Source: Spirochaetales bacterium
GTDB taxonomy: Bacteria > Spirochaetota > Spirochaetia > ARS1246
Reading direction: 5' to 3'
Length of the DNA stretch: 34,326 nucleotides
NCBI GenBank assembly: GCA_016930115.1
Contig: JAFGHN010000130.1
Coordinates: 1-34,326 of the forward strand
The notes beneath the pieces are model-generated. The model saw nothing but the letters and a program-made list of their open reading frames with translations. It did no database searches and had not been told where the DNA came from. Shown here one piece after another: positions 9,629 to 19,125 of the stretch. Made by a program: the position numbers and the translations under genes. Each line of letters opens with the position of its first letter. Position 1 is the stretch's first letter.

Positions 9629-9655
9629 GGGCTGATTCCCCGGGTTGCGGGGCTT

Positions 9656-10819
9656 TCAGGCAGGCGGGTACCAGAACCTTTCCATCCCAGCGATTGACGC
9701 CGAGACGGGCCCGTCGAGCCCAAGGCCTGCGTAAGAGTGTTGCATCAGCGCGAAATCAGGGCGGATGAGCGGTTTTTCAGGCGAAAAGACCGTGCAGCAA
9801 TCCTCGAAAGGCAGGATCGAAGTTTCATAAGTACCGATCTTTTTCGCGGTTGTCACTATCTCTTCCTTGTCGAGGGCGATCAACGGCCTGAACACCGGCA
9901 GGCGGGAGGTACTTCCGGTGAAGCGCATGCTTTGCGCGGTCTGGCTCGCGACCTGGCTGAGTGATTCGCCGGTTACCAGACAGAGCGCCCCACGCAGGCC
10001 GCCGATTCGCGACGCGCAGTCCATCATCGCCGCGCGCATGAGGAGGGTAGTCTGTGGCCGCGGGGCGCCACGGCGTATTGCCAGAGCCACCTCAGTGAAG
10101 TGAACCACGTACAGGTTCAGGCCGCAGCACGGCCCGGAAAGCTTCTCTACAAGGGTTTTCACTTTCCCGAGTGCCTCTTCCGCCGTGTAGGGATAGGTGT
10201 GGAAGTACACGGCCTCGATGGCAAGACCCCGCTTGGCCATGAGATAGCCCGAAACCGGAGAGTCGATCCCGCCGGAAAGCAGCAGTATGCCCCTGCCGGC
10301 GACACCCACCGGTAGCCCTCCGGGTCCGCCGGCACCGTTGCCGTAGACATAAGCGCGGTCCCTGATTTCCACATGCACCACCAGATCGGGATGATGAACA
10401 TCGACGGTCATTTCAGGGAACCGGGCGCGGATATCGTCGCCGATTGCCTCGGCGATCTCGTGGGAGGTGAGGGGAAAGGACTTGTCGGACCTCCGTGCGG
10501 CGATCTTGAAGGTGCCTTGGCCCCGGGTTTCCAGGAAACATTCCACCTCGTGAAAGACGGCAGTACGGACATCGTCGATGCGCTTCTCTGCGACGGTCGC
10601 CTTTGCATAACCGACGATGCCGAAGGTGGTGGACAGGACTCCCATCGAGGCGTTTTCCGCAGCATCCTGTATCTCAAGCAGAACTCTGCCCTTTGACAGG
10701 GTGAGTTTCGGCTTGAAGGGCCTGAGCCGGCGTTTTATGTTCCGGACCAGTTTGTCCTCAAAGTACCCGCGGTTTCCGCCTTTGAGGGAGATTTCACCCA
10801 CTCTGATGAGAAAGAACAT
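9656..10819 (-). CDS. thiI: tRNA 4-thiouridine(8) synthase ThiI, short form without a rhodanese domain
   Basis: I chose the ATG at 10819 (MFFLIRVGEISLKGGNR), 1 nt after the upstream desulfurase stop. The protein has an N-terminal ferredoxin-like/THUMP region, the PP-loop LLLSGGIDSPV and a conserved C-terminal FEDCCTVF cysteine. At 387 aa there is no rhodanese extension. Confidence 0.9.
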   Translation of the reverse strand: MFFLIRVGEISLKGGNRGYFEDKLVRNIKRRLRPFKPKLTLSKGRVLLEIQDAAENASMGVLSTTFGIVGYAKATVAEKRIDDVRTAVFHEVECFLETRGQGTFKIAARRSDKSFPLTSHEIAEAIGDDIRARFPEMTVDVHHPDLVVHVEIRDRAYVYGNGAGGPGGLPVGVAGRGILLLSGGIDSPVSGYLMAKRGLAIEAVYFHTYPYTAEEALGKVKTLVEKLSGPCCGLNLYVVHFTEVALAIRRGAPRPQTTLLMRAAMMDCASRIGGLRGALCLVTGESLSQVASQTAQSMRFTGSTSRLPVFRPLIALDKEEIVTTAKKIGTYETSILPFEDCCTVFSPEKPLIRPDFALMQHSYAGLGLDGPVSASIAGMERFWYPPA

Positions 10820-10820
10820 G

Positions 10821-11987
10821 TCAGCGCCGCTCCATCTTACCGATGAAAAGCCGCGTTTCGGATTCGAGAGCTCCGCAAAAAGCTTCGCAGTCCGAGTGTT
10901 TCGTTTCAGGCCCAATCGAGACGCGTATCGCAGATTGGGCGAAAGCATCGTCCGTCCCCGAATTCGTCAGCACCCGCAAGCTCTTCTTTCCTCTTGATGA
11001 GCAGGCTGAACCGGTGGAAACGGCAAATCCCCGATCGTTCATGACCCTGACAAGGACCTCGCCCGGAATCGGCGGAAAAGAGATCGTCATGATAAAAGGC
11101 GAATAGTCATCCTCAGATCCGTTATCCGGCTGAACGAGGAGCCGCGCGCCGCCGAGACGGGACACGCGCTCGAGTATAAACCTCCTGAGCTCGCGCGCCC
11201 GGGAAAACCACTTCTCCCTCTCTGCTTCCCATCGTTCAATCGCTCTCTGGAGACCGAAAATCGCCTGGAGATTTTCGGTGCCGGGCCTCACGCCCCCCTC
11301 CTGTTCGCCGCCCCGGTGCACCACTGTAAGTGGGCGCCCGAGATAGAGAACGCCGGCGCCGCGAGGTCCACCCAGCTTATGCCCGCTCGCGGACAGAGAG
11401 TCTATCCCAAGATCGGCGCACCTGAGTTTCCATTTGCCAAACGCCTGCACCGCGTCGGTATGTACGTGAACGTGTCTGGAAAAAAGCGATTCCTTTTCCC
11501 TGATAAGGCGGCTGATTGTCTTTACCGGCTGGATTGCGCCGGTTTCGTTGTTGACGAGCATGACGGCCGCCAGAACGGTCGTATCATCCACTGCGGCGGC
11601 GAATCTTTCAGGATCAACGATACCGCCGGGTCCCGCCTTCACGTGCCGAAGGACAAACCCCGCGTGTTTGAGCGCGTTCGCCGGTTCGTACACCGACGGA
11701 TGCTCGATACCCGTAAGCACCACCGAGCCGCCGGCTTTTCTGGCGAGCAAAGACGACAGGACTATGTTATTACTCTCGGTCCCGCCGGCGGTAAAAAAGA
11801 TGTTTGACGGCGCAACGCCCAGGGTTCCGGCGCACGTCTCGCGGGCTTGCTCAATGCACTCTCTGGCGGCTTTCCCCGGACCGTGGACTGATGACGGGTT
11901 GGCAAAAAGCTCCAGCGCTGTTTCGCAGGCCTCCACGTGTATGTCAGGAATCGGCGGTGCGGTGGCGGCCCAATCCAGGTAGATCAT
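10821..11987 (-). CDS. Cysteine desulfurase (NifS/IscS/NifZ-like class V aminotransferase)
   Basis: 388 aa. Motifs: MIYLDWAATAP, FTAGGTESNN, the PLP-lysine motif SASGHKLGGPRGAG, and the catalytic loop STGSACSS. Confidence 0.9.
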   Translation of the reverse strand: MIYLDWAATAPPIPDIHVEACETALELFANPSSVHGPGKAARECIEQARETCAGTLGVAPSNIFFTAGGTESNNIVLSSLLARKAGGSVVLTGIEHPSVYEPANALKHAGFVLRHVKAGPGGIVDPERFAAAVDDTTVLAAVMLVNNETGAIQPVKTISRLIREKESLFSRHVHVHTDAVQAFGKWKLRCADLGIDSLSASGHKLGGPRGAGVLYLGRPLTVVHRGGEQEGGVRPGTENLQAIFGLQRAIERWEAEREKWFSRARELRRFILERVSRLGGARLLVQPDNGSEDDYSPFIMTISFPPIPGEVLVRVMNDRGFAVSTGSACSSRGKKSLRVLTNSGTDDAFAQSAIRVSIGPETKHSDCEAFCGALESETRLFIGKMERR

Positions 11988-12107
11988 TGGATGGAAAGTA
12001 TACCTGCACCGGATAGCGATAGCAAGAACGGCAATGGTTCCGGCGGAGGCGACAGCCGCGGTGATTTGTTGTCATCAGCAACGAAAAGTAGTAATCTGGC
12101 ATTCGAT

Positions 12108-12437
12108 ATGTCAGACAGGCAATTGTGTTCCGATTCGGCTATCCAGCACTATGCTGAGCGATTAAAGGTCTGCGGCCATCCCATACGCCTCAAGCTCCTC
12201 TGTATGATTGAAAAAGAAAATGCCTGCGTGACCGAACTGTGGAGATGTCTCAACCAGTCGCAGCCGGTCATTTCGCAGCATCTTGCGGTCTTGAAGGAGA
12301 AGGGAATTGTGGAAGCCCGAATAGAGGGGAACAAGCGTATCTACTCGATCTGCGATCCTTTCATACGCAGTATCGTCAGGTCCCTCGATGTGGGAACCGG
12401 TCAACCGGTCATAACAACCTTTGAGATCAACGAATAG
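12108..12437 (+). CDS. ArsR/SmtB-family winged-helix transcriptional regulator
   Basis: I chose the ATG at 12108, giving 109 aa. HPIRLKLLCMIEKENACVTELWRCLNQSQPVISQHLAVLKEKGIVEARIEGNKRIYSI is the ArsR HTH core. The gene is divergent from the desulfurase-thiI pair. Confidence 0.85.
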   Translation: MSDRQLCSDSAIQHYAERLKVCGHPIRLKLLCMIEKENACVTELWRCLNQSQPVISQHLAVLKEKGIVEARIEGNKRIYSICDPFIRSIVRSLDVGTGQPVITTFEINE

Positions 12438-12467
12438 ACCGGCGGCCACTGCGGCCCCGCAGGTTCA

Positions 12468-14039
12468 CTACGAACCTGAACCCGCCGGCTCGGGAACGAG
12501 ATAAGTCATTATAAAATCAAGAACCGTCGTCACCGCGGTTACTATCGTCGTCACCCACGCGGTGGTAATAAAGACGTTTTGGGCCACATCATCCGCCGCG
12601 AAGAGCCACTTCTTGCCGACGTAGATGTGGGCTCCTGGCTCTACCGGAGACGTCAATTCTGCAGATTGTCTCGATCCGGATTCCGCGAGGAAGTATATTT
12701 TTCCCAGGTTTCCACGGATCGGATCGATTCCTCCCGAAAGAAGCAGGTAATCGGCAACCGAATAACCCGGGGTGTATGCCACCGCGCCGGGAAGATTGAC
12801 GGCTCCGCTCACGAAGACTTCGTTTCTGCGCAGCGGTATCAGAATGTAGTCACCCGGCTGGAGTTTCTCATTGCCCGCCTCGTCGCGCAAATGCCACACT
12901 CTTTCGAGCTCGAGGTTCCGGACCTCGCCGGTATCATTGCGCTTCAAGTAGCTTTCTTCCGCAACGGCCCTCGGGGTGGGACCGCCGACCTCCTCGAGAA
13001 CATCAAGAAGCGTGATTCCCGGGTAGTAGGGAAAATCGATTCTCAGGCTCCGGTCGGGCACCTGGACCGGCGTTTCGCCGGAAAGCCTCGATCCGTAGAT
13101 TGCGCCTTCTATGGTGATCCGCCTGACATTTTCGGAAATCGAACGCACCACCACCCTGTCGCCCGGAAAAATGGCGACATCCGGTCCGGTTTGCGCCGAT
13201 GCGGTGAGATGTGTGACGGCGCCCCTTGTGTCGATCCGGTGTATCTGGATGCGTTCCGTATGCGCGCCGGGAAGCGTGCCGCCGGCAAGGTTGAGGAGCG
13301 TCTGGAGGGTTTCACCTTCAACAAGCTCGTACACCCCCGGAAACTGGACGAGGCCGGAGATCGACACGGTTATCTGTGCGTCCGGGACAAAGATCGTATC
13401 TCCGGGCTTCAGATAAGGATTGGATTTGAGCTCTGCGTGGCTGTAAAACCTGGAGATATCGTATATGGTCGATCTTCCTTCTCTTTCAAGGCGGATCGAT
13501 CTGTAACTGCCGTTTGATTTAAACCCGCCCGAGACCGAGATTGCATCGATGAGCCGGTGCATGGGCGTCAGGACAACGAATCCCGGCCTCTCTACGTTCC
13601 CGTAGACAAACACGTTGAATTGCGCGGGTCCGGAAAGGGTGAAGCTCACGTGCTGGAGCGCAAGCGCCCTGATGAGTCCTTCCGAAATCTGCCGTTGGAG
13701 TTCGGGTATTGTTTTTCCCGTCGCGTCGATCCTGCCGAGCACCGGGATATTGAGCGTGTAATCCTCCTGCAGCTGGATGCTGTAGGTGGCCGTCCTCCCT
13801 CCGGCGGAGGCATCCAAGCCGATTCCCGCGCTCAGGACAAGATCAAACACGTCTCCCGGTGTCAGATTGTAATTGGAAACGTCTGCAAAATTTCTGTTGA
13901 TATTGGTCTGCACGGATCTGGTGATTTGAAAAATTGAGGCTTGAAGGCCGAAACCTTCTCCTCCCGAACCGCCGTCCTGCGCCGGACAGTTGAAAACCGC
14001 AAAAGCCCCCAAGAGTAGCACGGTAATTATCCGTTTCAC
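12468..14039 (-). CDS. Polysaccharide export protein with multiple SLBB domains (Wza-like)
   Basis: GTG start and a signal sequence MKRIITVLLLGAFAVFNC. The soluble-ligand-binding beta-grasp turn recurs four times: LTPGDVFDL, LKPGDTIFVPD, IFPGDRVVV and LQPGDYILIP. A C-terminal hydrophobic helix VFITTAWVTTIVTAVTTVLDFIMTYLV is present. Confidence 0.8.
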   Translation of the reverse strand: MKRIITVLLLGAFAVFNCPAQDGGSGGEGFGLQASIFQITRSVQTNINRNFADVSNYNLTPGDVFDLVLSAGIGLDASAGGRTATYSIQLQEDYTLNIPVLGRIDATGKTIPELQRQISEGLIRALALQHVSFTLSGPAQFNVFVYGNVERPGFVVLTPMHRLIDAISVSGGFKSNGSYRSIRLEREGRSTIYDISRFYSHAELKSNPYLKPGDTIFVPDAQITVSISGLVQFPGVYELVEGETLQTLLNLAGGTLPGAHTERIQIHRIDTRGAVTHLTASAQTGPDVAIFPGDRVVVRSISENVRRITIEGAIYGSRLSGETPVQVPDRSLRIDFPYYPGITLLDVLEEVGGPTPRAVAEESYLKRNDTGEVRNLELERVWHLRDEAGNEKLQPGDYILIPLRRNEVFVSGAVNLPGAVAYTPGYSVADYLLLSGGIDPIRGNLGKIYFLAESGSRQSAELTSPVEPGAHIYVGKKWLFAADDVAQNVFITTAWVTTIVTAVTTVLDFIMTYLVPEPAGSGS

Positions 14040-14105
14040 CCGCTCATACTAACCGCAGGGAGAAACGGTAGTCAAGCCGCAGCCTATTCCCTATACTCCC
14101 CCGGT

Positions 14106-15161
14106 ATGAACGTTTCCACCCGAAAATTCCGCTTCGGCGGGCGTGAATCAGTGGTAACCTTCGGCCGGATAGAAGACGCCGTTGGAGAAGAGAGCGCAAG
14201 CGGTCTCGTGGTCTGCGACGCGAATACCCAAAGGTTTGCCGGCTCCTTCGAGCTTGCGAAGGTGGTTCTTGAGGCCGGAGAAGAACACAAAAACTGGAAA
14301 AGCATCGAGCGCATCCTCGATACCGCTGTCAAGTTGAAACTGGGCAGGGATTCCCGGATCATCGGTATCGGCGGCGGTGTGGTATGCGACATGGCCGCCT
14401 TCGCTGCTTCAGTCTTTATGCGCGGCTGCCGGGTCACCCTTGCCCCCACAACGTTACTCGCCATGGTCGACGCTTCTATCGGTGGTAAAACCGGAATAGA
14501 TTTCGCCGGTTACAAAAACCTTGTGGGTTCTTTCTATCCCGCAGAGCGCGTGCATATTTCAGTACAGACACTTTTGACGCTTCCGGAGCGTGACTACAGG
14601 AGCGGATTGGCCGAGGTGATCAAACACGCACTTCTCGGGGCGGAGGACCTGCTTGAGCTTCTGGAGAAAGAACAGAAGCGATTCATTGAGAGGGAGGCCG
14701 GCGCAGTCGAGTCGAGCATATCGCGGTCGCTGGACATCAAGGGTGCTTTCGTGGAGCGTGATTTCACCGAGGACGGTATCCGGGCTCACTTGAACTTTGG
14801 CCACACTTTCGCTCACGCTCTTGAAGCTGCCACCGGTTTCGGCGGTTTCAGCCATGGTGAAGCCGTCGCCTGGGGAATGACCCGTGCGCTCGCAGCCGGT
14901 GTCGTGACGGGAATTACCGATAAAGCCTACGCGGAACGGGTGCGCCAACTGCTTGAGAGATACGGCTACTTCACCGGCGCGCTGCCGAAGGGGGTTACGG
15001 TCCAATCCGTCATGGCGGCGATGACGCAGGATAAGAAGAAACGACGCGGAGACCTCCGTTTTGTCCTGCAGCGAAATTGTGGTGATACACTGATTACGGC
15101 GCTCGATGAAGCGGTGGTTCGCGAAGTGTTGACGACCGATCAGGTTTCGAAAATCCGCTGA
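14106..15161 (+). CDS. aroB: 3-dehydroquinate synthase
   Basis: 351 aa. Motifs: IGIGGGVVCDMAAFAAS, TTLLAMVDASIGGKTGIDF, EVIKHAL and the metal ligands in HLNFGHTFAHALE. Confidence 0.9.
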   Translation: MNVSTRKFRFGGRESVVTFGRIEDAVGEESASGLVVCDANTQRFAGSFELAKVVLEAGEEHKNWKSIERILDTAVKLKLGRDSRIIGIGGGVVCDMAAFAASVFMRGCRVTLAPTTLLAMVDASIGGKTGIDFAGYKNLVGSFYPAERVHISVQTLLTLPERDYRSGLAEVIKHALLGAEDLLELLEKEQKRFIEREAGAVESSISRSLDIKGAFVERDFTEDGIRAHLNFGHTFAHALEAATGFGGFSHGEAVAWGMTRALAAGVVTGITDKAYAERVRQLLERYGYFTGALPKGVTVQSVMAAMTQDKKKRRGDLRFVLQRNCGDTLITALDEAVVREVLTTDQVSKIR

Positions 15162-17623
15162 AGTTTGCCGTAGACCTCGTCAAAGGCGCCCGCAATCGCC
15201 GGGTCAGACGGTTCTCCCACGGTATCTGCGAATACTTCCAAAGACGAGATGCTCTCGGACACGGCGCGGCCGAAACTCTTGACCGGACGGAACCGGAAAG
15301 TCTCACCTTCGGACTCCAGGCACAAAAAACCGAGGCTCTTCGCTCCGGGTTTCAGCCTGCAGGGCTTAAGAAGATCGGCAAGGTGATTGTGAATGATCGG
15401 AAGGTCCTTATCAGCATCCAGGTTTCGCGCCGTGGGCGGCACCTCGAGCAATCCCGTATCCAGGTCTAGATAGGGAAGGGTGCGCAGAATGGTGCGGATC
15501 TTCGCGCCGCGCATCAGCTCCAGCCCGTCGACGGTGATTTTTCCTCTCAGATCCTTCAAATGAGACGTGTCTATGCGGCGGTCTTTCCGTTTGAGCAGTT
15601 TCAATTTGCCCCAGGGGAGCACCGCGATTTTCTTCCGGCCTTTGAAAGGCTCCAGGTCGAATTCCTGGTCCTGGATCTTCACTTTCCACGTGGTGTCGCG
15701 TTTCTTTTCACGGGCCGGCGCGGCGGTCCTTTCGGCCGAAGGGCGCCCGGCGCCGCCGGAGAGCTGGGGTTGAAGCATCGTAGATATCCGGCTCAGCCAC
15801 TCCTCCTTGAGCGGTGATACCGAACGGGCGAAGGTGCGCGATGTCTTTACTATTTCGCCGGCCACGATGTACAGCGGCGCTTCACGAAACATCACCGAGC
15901 CGGGGTGAATGTAGATTCTGTCCGCCGTGGTCGTTCTGTACGTCCGGTCACCGCTTCTCCGGCATACGTACTGGATCAGGCCGCGTGAAACGGCGCAGAG
16001 GTAATCCGCAACCGGTCCCCCGGAGATTATCGGCACTCCCATGTCGCTGACTATTGCGGACAACTGCTCGTGTATATTCTCGATCTCGTGCATAACCCTT
16101 GAATCAAGGTAGTACCGCTCGCAGAATCGTTCGCGATCTTTCGCTTTCTTGAATTGGTCGAGAAGGTTTATGTATGAAACAAAATCACCGTGTTTGGTAG
16201 TGAAGGAGTGGTGGGCCTGACGCGCCTCGAGCTCCTCGCCCTGCGGCAAGAGATACGGTGAGTTTGCCGAGAGAAAGGATGCGGCGATAATGGCTTCGTC
16301 GACTACCCCGGGATACGAATAGATCGCCTCGACAATAATCCTGGAAAGGCGGGGAAGGAGAGGGAACTTCGCCATTGTCTCTCCAATCCTGGTGAGGCTT
16401 CTGTCTTCGGCAAGGGCCCCGAGCAGCTCGAGGGTCTCTATCGCGCCGAGGATCCCGCGGCGGTCGGGCTTGGAAATAAAATCAAATGATTCGAAATCCC
16501 TGATATTGAGCTCCGCCATTCTCAGCACGACCTCCGAGAGGTCCGTTCTGTATATCTCTTCCGTTGTAAAAAGGGGCCGCTGCTGGTAGTCATTCTCAGA
16601 ATAGAGCCTGATGCATATTCCCGGCGCCGTGCGGCCCGCCCGGCCCTTACGCTGGTTGCAGGAAGCCTTTGATACGGCGTGTTCGACCAGTGACGACGTG
16701 AAGGTCGTCGGGCTGTAGTAGTTTATCTTTGCCATACCCGAATCGATAACGTACCGTATCCCGTCAATCGTAACGCTCGTTTCCGCAATATTGGTCGCCA
16801 CGATTATTTTCCGTTTTCCCGCCGGAGTCGGAATGAAAACGCGCTCCTGTTCCTCCTTGCTCAACCTGCCGTACAGCGGCAGCACGACGAAATTCCGGTG
16901 ATTCCCGAGGGTGTATATCGCGGCGATACATTCCTTGATCGCCCCTTCGCCCTGCAGAAACACCAGGATATCACCGGGTCTGCCTTCCTTCTCGATCCTT
17001 TCGATATGTTTGATGATGTGATTGCTCATTTCCCCGCCGGTTTCTTCGGGCGGATCGTAAACCACCTCGACGGGGTAAGCCTGGGCGTCGATCCTGATGA
17101 TAGGGCAATCGTCGAAATAGGCCGAGAATACTTCGGCGTTTATGGTGGCGGAGGAAATGAGAATTGAGAAGTCGTCACGCACGCTCTGGATCCGTTTCAG
17201 CATCCCGAGCACGAAATCGATATTCAAATTGCGCTCGTGCGCCTCATCGACCATGATCAGGCTGTATTTCGACAGGTCGGGATCGGCTTTCAATTCCTGG
17301 AGAAGAATTCCGTCGGTCATGATTTTGATGATAGTTTCCGGGGCTGTGCGATCCTCAAATCTCATCTTGTAACCGACAATTCCCGGGACTTGCGAGTCAA
17401 GCTGTCTGGCGATGTAGTCACAGACCGAAAGCGTGGCGATCCTTCTCGGCTGCGTGACACCCAGTATCCCCCTTTTCGAATACCCCGCTTCATGGAGGAT
17501 GACGGGAAGCTGGGTCGTTTTGCCCGAGCCGGTAGGACTTTCGACCACAACGGTACGGTTTTTTGAGAAAACCTCGAGTATGCGAGCTTTTTGCTGATAA
17601 ACCGGAAGATCTCGCGGATTCAT
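15140..17623 (-). CDS. ATP-dependent DEAH-box RNA helicase, HrpA/HrpB-like
   Basis: Helicase motifs are present: I GSGKTTQLP, II DEAHER, III SAT and VI QRKGRAGR. HA2/OB-like region and a basic C-terminal extension follow. The preferred start is ATG 17623, with GGAGG 11 nt upstream. The ORF track's TTG at 17644 is an alternative. Confidence 0.9.
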   Translation of the reverse strand: MNPRDLPVYQQKARILEVFSKNRTVVVESPTGSGKTTQLPVILHEAGYSKRGILGVTQPRRIATLSVCDYIARQLDSQVPGIVGYKMRFEDRTAPETIIKIMTDGILLQELKADPDLSKYSLIMVDEAHERNLNIDFVLGMLKRIQSVRDDFSILISSATINAEVFSAYFDDCPIIRIDAQAYPVEVVYDPPEETGGEMSNHIIKHIERIEKEGRPGDILVFLQGEGAIKECIAAIYTLGNHRNFVVLPLYGRLSKEEQERVFIPTPAGKRKIIVATNIAETSVTIDGIRYVIDSGMAKINYYSPTTFTSSLVEHAVSKASCNQRKGRAGRTAPGICIRLYSENDYQQRPLFTTEEIYRTDLSEVVLRMAELNIRDFESFDFISKPDRRGILGAIETLELLGALAEDRSLTRIGETMAKFPLLPRLSRIIVEAIYSYPGVVDEAIIAASFLSANSPYLLPQGEELEARQAHHSFTTKHGDFVSYINLLDQFKKAKDRERFCERYYLDSRVMHEIENIHEQLSAIVSDMGVPIISGGPVADYLCAVSRGLIQYVCRRSGDRTYRTTTADRIYIHPGSVMFREAPLYIVAGEIVKTSRTFARSVSPLKEEWLSRISTMLQPQLSGGAGRPSAERTAAPAREKKRDTTWKVKIQDQEFDLEPFKGRKKIAVLPWGKLKLLKRKDRRIDTSHLKDLRGKITVDGLELMRGAKIRTILRTLPYLDLDTGLLEVPPTARNLDADKDLPIIHNHLADLLKPCRLKPGAKSLGFLCLESEGETFRFRPVKSFGRAVSESISSLEVFADTVGEPSDPAIAGAFDEVYGKLQRIFET

Positions 17624-17627
17624 CGGA

Positions 17628-18944
17628 TCACTCGCCTCCGCCAAGGAGCTTCAACGCTTTTTCTGCACTTGCTTCGAGGGTGAGGTTTTCATAGCTCAGC
17701 CTTGTGCGCAGGTCTCTGAGGTTGACGGTCCCACGGGCTTTCTCGTCTTCTCCGCAAATGATGGCAAGCGGGATGCCTTTTCGCTCGGCCGTCTTGAATT
17801 GAGCGCTCAGGCGTTTTTTCTCGAGCATGATTTCCACGTCCAGTCCGTATTCCCGTAGCCGTCCGGCGATCCGCTGGTAGTGGACATTGAGTCCATCATC
17901 GAGCATAAGGATGGCAATCTGAGGACCTGCTGCAGCCGCACTGTCCAATTTCCCGATCTCTTCCAGGGCCGCCGCCAGCCTGTCTATGCCTATCGACGCG
18001 CCCACCCCCGGAAGCTCCGTTTTTGTGTAAAGCGAGGCGAGATTGTTGTACCTGCCCCCGGAGCATACCGAGCCGATTCCCGGGAGATCGTCAAGGAGGG
18101 TTTCATAAACGATGTCGGTATAGTAGTCCAGCCCGCGCGTGATGGAGGGGTTGAGACGAACGCAGACGATGCCAAGATCGTCGAGTTGTTTCCCTATTTC
18201 GGCCATCCTTTCCGTCGATGCGTCCGGACCCCCGGCGGCCTCTTCGATCTTCCTGAGGGTCTCGCCGTAGTTGCCCTCCATCTTCGTGTAATCGATTATT
18301 TCGCACGCCTTTTGCGCCGGGAGGAATTCTTCGAGGCATTCGCGGACACCCTCTTCACCAATCTTGCCCAGTTTATCCACGGTCCTGAGTACTTCCGGCG
18401 CCTGGCCGCCGCATTCGAGACGTTCGAGAAACCTATTGAAAATCCGGCGTTGCGAGATTTCTATAGTTATTTCGCCGGCGCCTAAGTGTTCGAAGCAGCT
18501 TTTTATAAGAAGAATGATCTCGATATCCGCGTTCAGCGCATCGACGCCCACAATGTCAAAATCGCACTGTTTGAATTCCCGGTACCGGCCACGCTGGGTG
18601 TTCTCACCGCGCCATACCTTGCCGAGATGAAAACGCCTGAAGGGCAGCGGAATCTCGTTCTCATGGGCCGCCATATACCGGGCGAAGGAAACGGTAAGAT
18701 CATACCGCATCGCCACGTCGCGGTCACCGTGATCTTTGAACCGGTAGACCTGCTTATCGGTTTCGCCGCCGCCTTTTCCAAGCAGGATCTCAGCGTATTC
18801 CAGGACCGGAGTGTCTATCGGCACGAACCCGAACGAGCGTATCGTCCGGGCCAGAATCGACTCGATGTTCTGGCGCGCAATTTCATCACGCGGCAGGAAA
18901 TCGCGGAATCCCTTGAGCACTCTCGGCTGTATGATGTCGGGCAT
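17628..18944 (-). CDS. hisS: Histidine--tRNA ligase
   Basis: 438 aa. Motifs: VLKGFRDFLP, RYDLTVSFARY, FRRFHLGKVWRGENTQRGRYREFKQCDFD (class II motif 2) and GGRYNNL. AAGGAG lies upstream of the ATG. Confidence 0.95.
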   Translation of the reverse strand: MPDIIQPRVLKGFRDFLPRDEIARQNIESILARTIRSFGFVPIDTPVLEYAEILLGKGGGETDKQVYRFKDHGDRDVAMRYDLTVSFARYMAAHENEIPLPFRRFHLGKVWRGENTQRGRYREFKQCDFDIVGVDALNADIEIILLIKSCFEHLGAGEITIEISQRRIFNRFLERLECGGQAPEVLRTVDKLGKIGEEGVRECLEEFLPAQKACEIIDYTKMEGNYGETLRKIEEAAGGPDASTERMAEIGKQLDDLGIVCVRLNPSITRGLDYYTDIVYETLLDDLPGIGSVCSGGRYNNLASLYTKTELPGVGASIGIDRLAAALEEIGKLDSAAAAGPQIAILMLDDGLNVHYQRIAGRLREYGLDVEIMLEKKRLSAQFKTAERKGIPLAIICGEDEKARGTVNLRDLRTRLSYENLTLEASAEKALKLLGGGE

Positions 18945-19028
18945 GCGAGTTTCTCCTTAAGCCTTACTATGCACCAGAGCTCCGTTCTCTTTCAAGGAGC
19001 GCGGCGGGACGTGTGGCGGGGCGGTGCC

Positions 19029-19059
19029 TTGACGGAATTGGTCAAAAACCCTACATAAT
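19029..19059 (+). promoter_or_regulatory. Possible sigma70-type promoter for pcnB
   Basis: TTGACG (19029-19034), a 17 nt spacer, then TACATAAT (19052-19059). It lies about 65 nt upstream of the TTG start at 19126. The -35 element is one arm of the inverted repeat TTGAC-N7-GTCAA. Confidence 0.35.
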
Positions 19060-19125
19060 GCAATAAACGTCTTTGGCCGGCCGTGAGCCGACGAAAAATG
19101 CCGCGCCGGATGTCAGGATACACCT

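Noticed and set aside
9638-9652. Short hairpins in convergent gaps: CCCCG-N5-CGGGG (9638-9652), AGGTTC-N5-GAACCT (12461-12477) and CTGACCGGTT-N6-AACCGGCAG (31264-31288).
   Set aside because: The stems are only 5-9 bp with no adjacent T-tract on either strand. Two of them overlap stop codons. They are too weak to call as terminators.
10820-10948. A 43-codon N-terminal extension of thiI. The same issue occurs for arsR (11937-12107), hisF (8430-8462), the zinc-ribbon gene (9245-9307), yicC (2336-2419) and cmk (3219-3266).
   Set aside because: The extensions overlap upstream genes or lack homology to the family N-termini. Internal ATG codons coincide with the conserved family N-termini and with tight junctions to upstream stops.
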